IMG/VR virus record: IMGVR_UViG_2934748790_000001
Location: 32,001 to 96,000 of that record
Length of the DNA stretch: 64,000 bases
Reading direction: 5' to 3' (one strand)
Source of the DNA: a virus
Taxonomy: Duplodnaviria; Caudoviricetes
In this document: positions 46,208 to 56,217 of the stretch, one piece after another
Layout of the letters: every line of letters begins with the position of its first letter
How positions within the stretch are numbered: position 1 is the first letter of the stretch
Notes under the pieces: model-generated
Told to the model about the DNA's origin: nothing
The model's database searches: none
What the model saw: only the letters and a program-made list of their open reading frames with translations
Translations under genes and position numbers: made by a program

Positions 46208-46321
46208 CTCCCCTGACGCATCAACTGACACATCGAGCGCGCACATACGCACTCAAGCAAAAGCCCTAGCTCAAGCAAACAGCTAGGCAAATAGAACCCT
46301 TCGGGTTCTATTAGCTGCCCG

Positions 46322-46335
46322 CGAACATTCGTTCG
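46322..46335. promoter_or_regulatory. LexA/SOS (Cheo) box upstream of the replication genes
   Basis: CGAAC-ATTC-GTTCG matches the Gram-positive consensus; 36 nt before ATG 46372. Confidence 0.6.
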
Positions 46336-46371
46336 GGGCAGTTCTGGCCCGCCACACCGCCAGGAGACACG

Positions 46372-46902
46372 ATGGCTCGACGCCCGATTGACCCCGACGC
46401 CGAACTCGACGCCACGGCCTACGTCCAGAACCTCCTCCAGGACACCTCAGCGCCCGCCTCACCCCCTCCCTCCGCCTGGACCCCGCCCGAGCCCGCCCCC
46501 CGTCGCGTCCGGCGCTCCCAGGGCCGCTCCTACGGTCCCGACAGCCTCCCCGGCCTCGCCGATTACTTCGCCCGTGCCTGCCCGCCGCTGAGCTGGGCCG
46601 GGGGTCTGGAGGTCGGCAATCGGCAGGCGCTCATCTCGGTCTTCAGCGAGCTGCGACGTGACGCCGGGCTGACCCCGGACGACTGCCGGGCCCTGACCGA
46701 CCTGTACGTCCGCCGCCTGGGCAGCCGGAGGCCCACGAAGCCGTACGTGTGGGATTTCAAGTGGCAGCGCTACCAGCTCCTGGCCACCCTGCGGGACACC
46801 GGCATCACCACGACCGCCGAGGACTTCGAGAGCTGGCAGGACGCAGCACCCACCGACACCGCCGCCGACGACGCCTTCACCGCCTCCTGGGGGACCGCAT
46901 GA
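46372..46902 (+). CDS. hypothetical replication-associated protein
   Basis: AGGAG SD; ATGA-coupled to the DnaC-like gene. Confidence 0.75.
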   Translation: MARRPIDPDAELDATAYVQNLLQDTSAPASPPPSAWTPPEPAPRRVRRSQGRSYGPDSLPGLADYFARACPPLSWAGGLEVGNRQALISVFSELRRDAGLTPDDCRALTDLYVRRLGSRRPTKPYVWDFKWQRYQLLATLRDTGITTTAEDFESWQDAAPTDTAADDAFTASWGTA

Positions 46903-47561
46903 TCACCAGCCCCATGGACCCCGAGCGCGCCCGCTGGATCGGCACAGGCATCCCTCCCCGGCTGCGCGGGATCACCCTGAGCGACGTGGAAGAGATGGGC
47001 GCTCAGCCCGACGCACTGGCCAAGGCCCGCTTCTACGTCGATGGCTACCGCGCCCAGCAGTCGAAGAACTGGCGCGGGCTGCCGGTCAACCCGAACATCT
47101 ACGGCCTCGGGCTGCTGTTCGCCGGCCAGCCCGGAACCGGGAAGACAACGCTCGCCGCCGCGATCCTGAGCGAGCTGCGGCGCCGGTACGGCACCACCGT
47201 CTACTACTCCCGCGTGAGCGACCACATCGACCGGGAGCGACGACTGATCCGTGCGGATCAATCCGTAGCGGCCGAGGAGCTGTCACGTATCCAGTACGCA
47301 GTCGAGCGCGTCCAGTGGGCCGACGTCGTGCTCCTGGACGACGCGGGCCATGAGCACTCCACGGGCTCGAAGTTCGCCGAGGACGTCCTGGAGCAACTGC
47401 TGCGGCAGCGCTACGACGAAGGCCGGCCCACCCTGATCACGACGAATCTCTCCGGTGATGACTGGGCCGCCCGCTACTCGAAGGCCCTGCGCAGCTTCAT
47501 GGACCAGTGCACGCGGCGAAGCATTTTCGTCGGGGAGTCCCTGCGCAAGGCCGACAGGTGA
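46899..47561 (+). CDS. DnaC/IstB-like ATPase (helicase loader)
   Basis: GQPGTGKT, VLLDDAG.E, LLRQRY...PTLITTN. Confidence 0.9.
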   Translation: MITSPMDPERARWIGTGIPPRLRGITLSDVEEMGAQPDALAKARFYVDGYRAQQSKNWRGLPVNPNIYGLGLLFAGQPGTGKTTLAAAILSELRRRYGTTVYYSRVSDHIDRERRLIRADQSVAAEELSRIQYAVERVQWADVVLLDDAGHEHSTGSKFAEDVLEQLLRQRYDEGRPTLITTNLSGDDWAARYSKALRSFMDQCTRRSIFVGESLRKADR

Positions 47562-48010
47562 CGGCCCGCGCGGACGAGGACGCTGCGCCTCGACCCGAGG
47601 TCTATGTCGTCTGGGAGCACCTGGTCGGGCTCCCCGGCCCTCGGTACACAGAAAGACGATTCCGCAGGCGTCTTCAGTGGCATCGGCCCGCCCGCGCCCT
47701 GGACCTGTTCGAAGAGAGCAACGGAGCCGTCGTCGCGGAGCTGTGGCACCTGTGGGAAAGGGATCAGCCCGTCGCCATCACAACTTTCCTCCCCCCAGCC
47801 GTGGCCAGCACCCTCGCGTCCCGGATCGACGCGGAGTCCATCCCCTGCACACGGCTGGTGGTCACCACACCCACCGACATGGCGCGGCTCATCGGGCTGC
47901 TCGACCCGACGCACATCGTGCACGCGCTTCCCGAGCACGTCCTGCGGTACGGGCCGCGAGGTCTCTACGTCCACCCGCGTCATCCCGAGATCATGCGGAA
48001 GGTGATCTGA
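47558..48010 (+). CDS. hypothetical protein (degenerate HAD-like)
   Basis: GTGA coupling; VVWEHLVG...; ends LRYG.RG. Confidence 0.65.
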   Translation: MTARADEDAAPRPEVYVVWEHLVGLPGPRYTERRFRRRLQWHRPARALDLFEESNGAVVAELWHLWERDQPVAITTFLPPAVASTLASRIDAESIPCTRLVVTTPTDMARLIGLLDPTHIVHALPEHVLRYGPRGLYVHPRHPEIMRKVI

Positions 48011-48285
48011 TGCCCGGCTACCGGCCCCAGGGCGCGTGCCGCCGCGAGACGGTCCAGCTCATCCCCGACACCGTCGGCAAGACAGCTCATTTCCGTTCGG
48101 AAATGAAGCTGGAGGGGTACGAGTCGATGCCGCTCATCGGCTGGGCCGTCGTCGCCACCTTCGAAGAAGACACGCTGCCCCGCATCACGGTCGAGCCGGT
48201 GGTGGAGGACGACTGCCACGGCTCCATCGCCCTGGGGGACCTCGAAGAGGAAGTCGGTCCGCTGACGCTGCTGGAGATCCTGTGA
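48010..48285 (+). CDS. hypothetical protein
   Basis: Translationally coupled on both sides. Confidence 0.7.
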   Translation: MPGYRPQGACRRETVQLIPDTVGKTAHFRSEMKLEGYESMPLIGWAVVATFEEDTLPRITVEPVVEDDCHGSIALGDLEEEVGPLTLLEIL

Positions 48286-49514
48286 GCAGCATCGAAGAGG
48301 ACGTGATCAGCTACATCGCGCTGACGGGCGACCTGGATACGGTCGTCAACGGACGCATCACCGCAGAGCACTTTCTCGACCCGAAGAACCGGCAGGTTTT
48401 CGCGGAAATCCTCGAATTCCGGGCCGACTTCGGGGAGCCACCCACTCCGGAAGTCATCCAGCGCGACCACCCCGCTTTCCAGCTCACCGAGGCCGGCTCC
48501 GGCCCCGTCGACTACCTCATCCGCGAGCTGCACGAGGCCCGGCGCAGGACGATCATCGACCTCGGCCTGGACGCGGTCGCCGAAGCGCTCGACAAGGGGG
48601 GCTCGGACTCCGCGCTGCCGCTCCTGCGGATGATGCTCGCGCACGCCACAACGGCGACCGCGACCTCGCGGGAAATCGACTACGCAGCCACCGGCGATCA
48701 GCGCCTGGAGGTCTACCGCCAGGCCCGTGACAACCCCGGCCAACTCCTGGGCATTCCCACGGGTTTCGCGTTCCTCGACAAGCTGACGCTCGGCATTCAG
48801 CCGCAGCAGATGATCGTGCTCACCGGGCTCGCCAAATCCTGCAAGACGACGGTCATGCTGGGAATGACCCGCTCCGCGTACGACTACGGTGCGAAGCCCC
48901 TGCTGATCTCCTTCGAGATGCCCTACCTGGAAATCGCCCGCCGCCTCGACGGCTTCCTGGCCAAGGTGAACCCGAAGAAGCTCCAGACGGGGGAGCTGTC
49001 ACCGAAGGAGTGGCGAGCCCTCGAAGAGGCGCTTGCCCGCCCGCTGGGTGATCAGCCGTACGTGGTGACGGAAGACCGCGCCGGCGCGATGACACTCACC
49101 GGCATCCAATCGAAGATCGACCAACTGGACCCCTCCGTCGTTTTCATCGACGGAGCATATTTTCTCTACGACGAGATCAGCCGCGAGTCGCAGACGCCCC
49201 TCGCCCTGACAAACATCAGCCGGGGCATCAAGAAACTGGCGCTCAACAACGACATTCCGCTCGTCGTCACCACCCAGTCGCTGTCCCACAAGGTAGGCGC
49301 CAAAGGGCTCACCGCGTCATCCCTCGGCTACACCTCCGCGTGGGTCCAGGACGCCGACCTCGTGGTGGGGATGGAGGCCACCGACGAGGACTTCTTCTAC
49401 CGGATGAAAGTGCTCGCCAGCAGAAACGCGCCCCCGCAGGAACACCTCATCTCCATCTCGTGGGACCCACCCGAATTCGAGGAGGCGGAGGTCGAAGATG
49501 AACTCCCCTACTGA
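48282..49514 (+). CDS. dnaB: DnaB-like replicative helicase
   Basis: GIPTGF..LD..T.G, variant Walker A GLAKSCKT, ISFEM, VFIDG, QDADLV. Confidence 0.9.
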   Translation: MSSIEEDVISYIALTGDLDTVVNGRITAEHFLDPKNRQVFAEILEFRADFGEPPTPEVIQRDHPAFQLTEAGSGPVDYLIRELHEARRRTIIDLGLDAVAEALDKGGSDSALPLLRMMLAHATTATATSREIDYAATGDQRLEVYRQARDNPGQLLGIPTGFAFLDKLTLGIQPQQMIVLTGLAKSCKTTVMLGMTRSAYDYGAKPLLISFEMPYLEIARRLDGFLAKVNPKKLQTGELSPKEWRALEEALARPLGDQPYVVTEDRAGAMTLTGIQSKIDQLDPSVVFIDGAYFLYDEISRESQTPLALTNISRGIKKLALNNDIPLVVTTQSLSHKVGAKGLTASSLGYTSAWVQDADLVVGMEATDEDFFYRMKVLASRNAPPQEHLISISWDPPEFEEAEVEDELPY

Positions 49515-50466
49515 ATTCTGGGAGAACCTGGCCGCGTTCTCCAACCCCGTCCCGCAAGATGTCGCCGGCGCCCTGCACCGACTGGGAATCGACGTCCTGC
49601 GCGAGGTGAACGGGGAAGAGTCAACGGAACTTCTTGCCCGCTGCCCCGCCCACCTTGCTCTCACCGGGCGCGCGGACCGCAGGCCCTCCTTCTCGGTGAA
49701 CTCGGCCACCGGGCTCTTTCACTGCTTTTCGTGCGGCTACTCCGGGCCCTTCGTGCAACTCGTGGAGGACGGGCTTGGGCACTCGCGGATCGACGCGTTC
49801 CGCTGGGTGGCACGCCACGGGGTATACCGCACTCAGGACGATCAGCAGCACACCCCCCGCAAAGAGCCAGAAGACCGGATCACAGAAGCCGCCCTTGCAC
49901 TTTTCGAGCCGCCGCCGACCAGGGCCCTGGAATCTCGCGGTCTGACCGCCGAGTCGTGCGCCGCGCTCGGCGTTCTGTGGTGTCCGGTCAAAAAGCACTG
50001 GATTCTTCCGATCCGCGACCCCCAGACGGGGGAGCTGTGGGGCTGGCAGGAGAAGGGGAAACACTTCTTCCGAAACTACCCGCCTGGAATTTTCAAGTCG
50101 CGCACCCTTTTCGGTGACCTCTCCTGGCAGGGCCATAAGGCGCTCTTGCTGGAATCCCCCCTGGACACGGTGCGCGCCCATTCCCTCGGCATACCCGGCG
50201 CGTTCGCGGCGTTCGGCGCCCACGTCTCGGAGGCCCAGATGCGGTTGCTCAAATCGCGCTGCACCATCCTCGTCCTCGGCCTGGACAACGACGAGGCCGG
50301 CAACACCTCGCGTGACCGGATCTACACGCGCTGGCGTCCGCGCGGCCTCCCCATGCGGTTCCTCGACTACACCCACACCCGAGCGAAGGATCTGGGCGAC
50401 ATGGACGACGAGGCCGCCCAGGCGGCCTACGCCTCCGCCTGTCACCCGTGGCGCAGGAGGCGATGA
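49498..50466 (+). CDS. dnaG: DNA primase (CHC2 zinc finger + Toprim)
   Basis: CPAH...PSFSVN...FHCFSCG; LLESPLD; LDNDEAG; KDLGDM. Confidence 0.9.
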   Translation: MNSPTEFWENLAAFSNPVPQDVAGALHRLGIDVLREVNGEESTELLARCPAHLALTGRADRRPSFSVNSATGLFHCFSCGYSGPFVQLVEDGLGHSRIDAFRWVARHGVYRTQDDQQHTPRKEPEDRITEAALALFEPPPTRALESRGLTAESCAALGVLWCPVKKHWILPIRDPQTGELWGWQEKGKHFFRNYPPGIFKSRTLFGDLSWQGHKALLLESPLDTVRAHSLGIPGAFAAFGAHVSEAQMRLLKSRCTILVLGLDNDEAGNTSRDRIYTRWRPRGLPMRFLDYTHTRAKDLGDMDDEAAQAAYASACHPWRRRR

Positions 50467-52047
50467 ATGTTCACCGGCAAGCTATTTCCCTACCAGCACG
50501 AGGGCGTTGCCCGCATCCTGTCCGACCGCCGCCTTCTGGTGGCCTACTCGATGGGCACCGGAAAGACCGTGCTCACCATCGCCGCCATGGAGGAGATGTT
50601 CGGGGAAGGCGACGTGCGCCGCTGCGTCATCCTGGTCCCGTCCTCCCTCAAATGGCAGTGGGCGCAGGCCATCGCACAGTTCACCGACACCCCCACCCGC
50701 ACCGTGAAGCTGCGTGGCATGAAGCTGGTCGTCCCGGCCGAGGAAGTCTGCGTGGTCATCAACGGCTCGAAGGCCCAACGCCAGAAGCAATGGCAGACGG
50801 CACAGCACGCGGAGTACATCGTCGCCTCCTACGGCTCCGTTCTGCACGACTGGAGTCAGCTCTGCGCCGTGCCGGCGGACGCTCTCGTGCTCGACGAAGC
50901 AACAGCCATCAAGAATTTCGCCGCCATGACGACGAAACGCATCAAAAAGCTCAGGCCCCCGGTGCGAATTGCCCTGACAGGAACGCCGGTTGAGAACCTG
51001 CCCGAGGAAGTCTTTTCCATCATGGAGTGGGTCAACTCCAAGATCCTCGGCCGCTGGGATCTGTTCGACAAGTCATTCATCCAGCGGAACTGGTTCGGTG
51101 CGGTCATCGGCTACAAGAACTTGGACCTGCTGAACCGCAACCTCCGGCGATCCATGATCCGGAAATCGCGGATGGACCCCGAGGTGGCCAAGTACCTGCC
51201 CGAGGTTTCGGAGACCACGCGCCTGGTCCAACTCGACAAGACGACCCGCGCCATCTACAAGGCCATCCTGGTCGACCTTCAGGACGCCATGCGCGAGCTG
51301 GCCGAGGGCGGCGACGACTTCGACGTAGCCGCGTACTACGCCGGCGTGAAGTCGGAGGGCAAAGGGGCACAAGGCAAGGTCATGGCGCGCATCCAGGCCG
51401 CCCGGATGCTGCTGGACCACCCACAGCTCCTGATGGACAGCGCTGTTGCCTATCACGAGGGCAAGGGGGGATCTAGGTACGCGGCCGACTTCGCCGCCTC
51501 CCGCACCGACCTGCCGGACCTCCACAGCTCCCCCAAGCTCACTGCTCTGGACGAGCTGGTGGCCACGATGGTCGCCGAAGGCGCGAAGGTCGCCGTCTTC
51601 ACCGACTACCGGCGCATGCTGCCGTACCTCGTCGAGCGCCTGGAGAAGCACGGCGACCTCGTGCAGTTCCACGGCCAGCTCAACGCAGACCAGAAAGCCG
51701 GCGCCGTCGCCAAGTTCAAGACGGACCCCGACTGCAAGCTATTTATCTCAACAAATGCCGGAGGGTACGGACTGGATCTGCCCGAAGCTCAGTACCTGAT
51801 CAACTACGACCTCCCGTATTCGAACGGGGTACTGGCTCAGCGCAACACACGGCATGTCCGCGCCTCGTCGCAATTCGACCGGGTCCACGTCACCAACCTC
51901 GTGGTCGAGTCCACTATCGAGGAGCGTGTACAAGCCACCCTGAAGCTCCGCCAGTCTCTTTCCCTGGCAGTGATCGACGGCGCAGGGGCCGGAGAACTCG
52001 ACATGGACGTGGAGTCCCTGTCAGAAAACATTTCCAGAACATTTTGA
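50467..52047 (+). CDS. SNF2-family helicase
   Basis: LFPYQ, MGTGKT, LDEAT, LTGTPVEN, AGGYGLDL, NYDLP, QRNTR..R. Confidence 0.92.
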   Translation: MFTGKLFPYQHEGVARILSDRRLLVAYSMGTGKTVLTIAAMEEMFGEGDVRRCVILVPSSLKWQWAQAIAQFTDTPTRTVKLRGMKLVVPAEEVCVVINGSKAQRQKQWQTAQHAEYIVASYGSVLHDWSQLCAVPADALVLDEATAIKNFAAMTTKRIKKLRPPVRIALTGTPVENLPEEVFSIMEWVNSKILGRWDLFDKSFIQRNWFGAVIGYKNLDLLNRNLRRSMIRKSRMDPEVAKYLPEVSETTRLVQLDKTTRAIYKAILVDLQDAMRELAEGGDDFDVAAYYAGVKSEGKGAQGKVMARIQAARMLLDHPQLLMDSAVAYHEGKGGSRYAADFAASRTDLPDLHSSPKLTALDELVATMVAEGAKVAVFTDYRRMLPYLVERLEKHGDLVQFHGQLNADQKAGAVAKFKTDPDCKLFISTNAGGYGLDLPEAQYLINYDLPYSNGVLAQRNTRHVRASSQFDRVHVTNLVVESTIEERVQATLKLRQSLSLAVIDGAGAGELDMDVESLSENISRTF

Positions 52048-52147
52048 GGCACTCGTCTGGCCGATTGGCGGTAATTTTATCGGCTCGTAGGGTTTCGGGC
52101 ATGGAGCTTTCCGAGTAGCTCCTTCGCACCACCTACGGGAGCACTGC

Positions 52148-52618
52148 GTGCCTGACGAACCACACACCACGGCCGCCCCGGAACCCCAGCGCATTCCGTT
52201 CGACCCAATCATTCCCGTGTTCCGGGAATGGGCGACCCTCAAAGCCGAAGTAACCGAGCGCACCACTCGTCTGAACAAACTGCGCGACCGGGTGTCGGCT
52301 GCTGTCGAGCAGCGCGGCTATACCGACCACAAGGGGAGCCAGTACCTGGACCTGCCCTTCCCGGTCCCGGCCGGCGACACCGAGTACACCCGCATCAAGC
52401 GGGAACGCCGCGTGTCCATCATGGCCGACCCCGGGGCCGCCGAGCGCATCACCCGGGCCAAGGGCGATGCCATCTACCGGCGAGCATTCCCCCCGGTCCC
52501 CACCCTGGACGCGGACGAGCTTTTCGTACTCCTCCAGGAAGGGGTGCTCACCGAGGCCGAGATGGACGAAATCCTCGTCCAGCGGGAGACCTTCGCTTTC
52601 CGGGGACTGGCCACATGA
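52148..52618 (+). CDS. conserved phage protein (coiled coil)
   Basis: GGGAG SD; GYTDHKGSQYL...LDADEL...EMDEI. Confidence 0.8.
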   Translation: MPDEPHTTAAPEPQRIPFDPIIPVFREWATLKAEVTERTTRLNKLRDRVSAAVEQRGYTDHKGSQYLDLPFPVPAGDTEYTRIKRERRVSIMADPGAAERITRAKGDAIYRRAFPPVPTLDADELFVLLQEGVLTEAEMDEILVQRETFAFRGLAT

Positions 52619-53082
52619 GCCCGATCCACCCCCCACGCCAGCCCTTGGACGTCTACCCCGGGACCTCCCGCCCCATCGGCGTCCCACACCCGGTGCAGGC
52701 ACACGTCGGCTCTGCCGACACCGCCCGGTGGGACGACAACCCGGTGTACAAGAAGATCAGCGGCTTCTACCGCGAATTCTTCGCCATCTCGCATCTGGCC
52801 AACGCCCTCGGCCGATCCACGAAAACGCTCTACAAGTGGGAAGCAGCTACCCCGCCGCTTTTCCCCCGGGCGACATGGATCTACAACGGCGAATCCAAGA
52901 ACGGCCGCCGCCGCCTGTACACACGGCGTCAGATCGAAGGCGTTCTGGTCATCGCCTACGAAGAGGGCGTCCTGTCCGGGACGAAGCGATTCGTCTCCCA
53001 CACAGAGTTTCCGGCCCGCTGCGCCGAACTGTTCCAGCAGACGCGCGCCGTCATGCCCGACCCCATCCATGACTGGAGCTGA
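52615..53082 (+). CDS. MerR-like HTH DNA-binding protein
   Basis: FAISHLANALGRSTKTLYKWE...RRLYTRRQIE. Confidence 0.8.
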   Translation: MSPIHPPRQPLDVYPGTSRPIGVPHPVQAHVGSADTARWDDNPVYKKISGFYREFFAISHLANALGRSTKTLYKWEAATPPLFPRATWIYNGESKNGRRRLYTRRQIEGVLVIAYEEGVLSGTKRFVSHTEFPARCAELFQQTRAVMPDPIHDWS

Positions 53083-53085
53083 ATC

Positions 53086-53841
53086 ATGCCCGAACCCCGC
53101 ACGTACGGCCGACGCCGATCGCTCCCCGCACGCCCTGCCGAAGAGAGCGGTTCTAAGCAGGGACGGGGCGATGCCGCCCCCGCCTCACGCGACGCAGCCC
53201 CGCGTGAGGCGATCTCCGGGCGCGTGGTCGCAACGGGCGCTGGCCAGACCGCGATGGCGGGCTGGGACGACGTCGACAAGATCGCGTCGGCCGCCAGCGG
53301 TGACTTCTACCTCAAGGTCACCGAAAACCGCACCGTCATCAAGATCCTGTCCGACGGGCCCTTCGACGTGTACGCATCGCACTGGATCGACGAGATCGAG
53401 GACGGCTCCAAGTCGGTGCGCTGCTGGGCCAATTCGGAATGCCCGCTGTGCGGTATCGGGGACAAGGCCAAGCGCTTCAGCGCCTGCTTCGACGTCGTGT
53501 CCATGGAGGACCCGGACGCCCCAGCCATCAAGGTCTGGGAAGCAGGCATCAAGATCGCCCGCCAGCTCAAGGACATCGCGACCGATTCCAAGAGGGGCCC
53601 GCTGGACCGCGCCGACCTCTACTTCACCATCCGGAAGGAAACCAAGAAGAAAAGCGTGGAGTACACGCTGGAGCGTGTGAAGGAGAGGGACCTGGAGGAG
53701 GAGTACAACGTCCCGCCGCTCACCCACGAGGAGCTGGTGGAGTTCCTCTCCCAGCGCCACGAGTACGGAACCGTGGTCAAGGAGCCCCTGGACCAGGAGG
53801 CGATGGACGAAGTCGTCCACCTGCTGATGGAAGACGCCTGA
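53086..53841 (+). CDS. single-stranded DNA-binding protein (gp32-like, Zn-binding)
   Basis: VIKILSDGPF...HWI...C...CPLC; acidic C-terminus; precedes the polymerase. Confidence 0.7.
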   Translation: MPEPRTYGRRRSLPARPAEESGSKQGRGDAAPASRDAAPREAISGRVVATGAGQTAMAGWDDVDKIASAASGDFYLKVTENRTVIKILSDGPFDVYASHWIDEIEDGSKSVRCWANSECPLCGIGDKAKRFSACFDVVSMEDPDAPAIKVWEAGIKIARQLKDIATDSKRGPLDRADLYFTIRKETKKKSVEYTLERVKERDLEEEYNVPPLTHEELVEFLSQRHEYGTVVKEPLDQEAMDEVVHLLMEDA

Positions 53842-53863
53842 CAGGCGCTGCACCGCGAGGTAA

Positions 53864-53906
53864 GGCCCGCGCCGGCTCAACGAGTCCAGAACCGCCGGCG
53901 CGGGCC
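53864..53906 (+). terminator. hairpin between SSB and polymerase
   Basis: 13-bp GGCCCGCGCCGGC/GCCGGCGCGGGCC. Confidence 0.6.
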
Positions 53907-53939
53907 CTTGTCATTTCCTACCACGGCGAGGGGTCTTCC

Positions 53940-55820
53940 GTGCAGCTCATCACCGAAACGCGTCAGCTCGAACAAGCTGTCGCCAGTCTCCGTGGCCACG
54001 ACGAATTCGCTTTCGACGTCGAAACCTTGGGTGATTACCGAGGGGTACCGGCGGTCAACGAGACCGCTTGGATCTCCCTCGCCACACAGGGCGAGTGCTT
54101 TGTCATCCCCATGGGGCACCCCAACGGAAATCACCGGCTGCGAAAGGCGTCCCGGCGGAAGAACAAGTCCACGGGTGAGTGGGAGCAGATCACCGAACAG
54201 TGGGAGCCACCACCGAAGCAACTGCGCCCCAGCACAGTGTTCGATGCACTCGAAGAACTCCTCTTCTCCGACCGGCGAAAGATTGCGCACAACGCTCCTT
54301 TCGACCTGCTGAGCGTCGCGAAATATTACGGCGGAAAGTTCCCTCCCCCGCCGTACGGGGACACAATCGTCGCGGCATGGATGCTCAACGAAAACCGGCC
54401 CCTTGGCCTCAAGTCGCTGGATAAAGAGCGCTGGGGCCTCGTCTACGACACCGAGGAGGTCGGCAAGTGCATTGAACGGCATCCCTTCGGCGCCGTCGCC
54501 GACTACTCCTACATGGATGCCAAAACCACCTGGCTCCATTGGCGCGACATGCGCCCGCGCATCACCATCGAGGGCCTGGAGGACATGTGGGCCCTCGAAA
54601 TGGACGTCCTGCACTGCCTGCTGCACATGGGCGCCGGCGTGCCCATCGACATCGAAGCCCTTCAGCGGCTCCGCAGGGATCTTCGTCTGCGCTTGACCGG
54701 ATGCGAGGCCGACGTCTACAAAGCCGCCGGCAGGGTCTTCAACATCGGCAGCACCCCGCAGAAGCAGAAAGTGCTCTACGAGGAGCAAGGGCTGCGCCCG
54801 CGCAAGCGCACCCCCAAGGGTGCTCCCAGTACGGACGCAGAGGCACTCGCCCCGTACCAGGGGCGCAACGCGGTGGTCGACGCCATTCTGGCCTACCAGG
54901 AAACCGCTAAAATCCTGGGCACCTACGTGGAGGGCTATCTCGGGAACCCCGAAGAGGGAAAGCCGACCCAAATCTTCAACGGCCGCATCCACCCCATGCT
55001 CAAGCAGTACGGGACGGTCACGGGGCGTTTTAGCTGTTCGGCCCCCAACATCCAGAACTGGCCCCGCGCGGAGACGGAGTGGGGCAAAGCCATCCGCGAT
55101 CTCGTCGACCCCATCCTTGGTTTCGTCCTCCTTGTCGCCGACTACGCGCAGATCGAGCAGCGAATCCTCGCCCATTTCGCTGGAAAAGGCGCCCTCTGGC
55201 AGGGTTTCTGGGACGGGGTGGACGCACATACCGCGACCGCCGCAGCCGTATTCGGGGTCGCGCCCGAGGACGTCACCAAGCAGATGAGGCAGGTGGCCAA
55301 GGCCATCGCTTTCGCCATCGCCTACGGCGCCGGCCCCCAGAAAGTGGCCGACATGTCGCACACCACTCTGCGCCGGGCCAAGCAGATTCTCTCCACGCAC
55401 GAACGAGAGTTCCCCGAGGTTTACCGGTACAAGACAAAACTGCTGCGCACAGTCCGCTCGCGCCGTCCGGAGCCGTACCTGCGCACGCTCCTCGGCCGCA
55501 AGCGCCGACTGCCGGACTTGCTGTCCCACGACAACTCGCGCCGCGCGAAGGCCGAACGTCAGGTGGTCAACTCACACATGCAGGGTTCCAACGCGGATAT
55601 CACCAAGCTCGCGATGGTGCGGCTGCACAAGAACCTGCTGCCGGGAATGCAGATCCTCCTCACGGTACACGACGAGATCGCGGTCATGTGCCCGGCGGAC
55701 ATCGCCGAGGAAGGGGCCAAGGTGCTGCACGACGCGATGGCAGGACCAGAAATGCAGCTCCTTTCCGTCCCGGTCACCACAGACGTAAAAATCTGCCGTC
55801 GCTGGAGTGAGGCGAAATAA
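53940..55820 (+). CDS. polA: family A DNA polymerase with 3'-5' exonuclease
   Basis: FDVET, AHNAPFD, TGRFSCSAPNIQN, ADYAQIEQR, KAIAFAIAYG, TVHDE. Confidence 0.96.
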   Translation: MQLITETRQLEQAVASLRGHDEFAFDVETLGDYRGVPAVNETAWISLATQGECFVIPMGHPNGNHRLRKASRRKNKSTGEWEQITEQWEPPPKQLRPSTVFDALEELLFSDRRKIAHNAPFDLLSVAKYYGGKFPPPPYGDTIVAAWMLNENRPLGLKSLDKERWGLVYDTEEVGKCIERHPFGAVADYSYMDAKTTWLHWRDMRPRITIEGLEDMWALEMDVLHCLLHMGAGVPIDIEALQRLRRDLRLRLTGCEADVYKAAGRVFNIGSTPQKQKVLYEEQGLRPRKRTPKGAPSTDAEALAPYQGRNAVVDAILAYQETAKILGTYVEGYLGNPEEGKPTQIFNGRIHPMLKQYGTVTGRFSCSAPNIQNWPRAETEWGKAIRDLVDPILGFVLLVADYAQIEQRILAHFAGKGALWQGFWDGVDAHTATAAAVFGVAPEDVTKQMRQVAKAIAFAIAYGAGPQKVADMSHTTLRRAKQILSTHEREFPEVYRYKTKLLRTVRSRRPEPYLRTLLGRKRRLPDLLSHDNSRRAKAERQVVNSHMQGSNADITKLAMVRLHKNLLPGMQILLTVHDEIAVMCPADIAEEGAKVLHDAMAGPEMQLLSVPVTTDVKICRRWSEAK

Positions 55821-55842
55821 TGTTTACCTCTACCCTTGGGGC

Positions 55843-56217
55843 ATGCCCGACATTGAACTCGAAGAAGCACCGGCCCTCTTCCGTGGAATGCTGCGCGACA
55901 TTGTCGCGTGCAGCGACTACCAAGAGGTGTGCCGAAAGTTGGGCCTCGTGCCCGCCAGCCCTGACGTGGACCGCATCGAGCACTTGCTGTCGCACACCCG
56001 CATCGAAGAGTTCAACCGGGTCGCCACCGATGCGTTCAGGCACGCCGATGTCGCGGCGCTGGTGCTCTACCGGCTGTCACGCATTCACGACGAAGGCGAA
56101 GACGAGGCCGACTCCGAAGTGGAGCGGCAGATGTTCCAGGCGATCAGCCGCACAGCCGTGGCTACCGTCGTGGCGCATCTCCTCGAAAAGGGACGACTGG
56201 GAGTCTGTGATGTCTGA
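55843..56217 (+). CDS. hypothetical protein
   Basis: ATG lies 6 nt after TACCCT; GLVPASPDVDRIEH. Confidence 0.75.
   Translation: MPDIELEEAPALFRGMLRDIVACSDYQEVCRKLGLVPASPDVDRIEHLLSHTRIEEFNRVATDAFRHADVAALVLYRLSRIHDEGEDEADSEVERQMFQAISRTAVATVVAHLLEKGRLGVCDV

Noticed and set aside
46290-46390. Second possible TTA bypass (CTA TTA at 46308-13) joining replication ORFs
   Set aside because: This frame is closed by TAG 46284-86 and has no start, no matched landing codon is evident, and ORF 46372 has its own SD.
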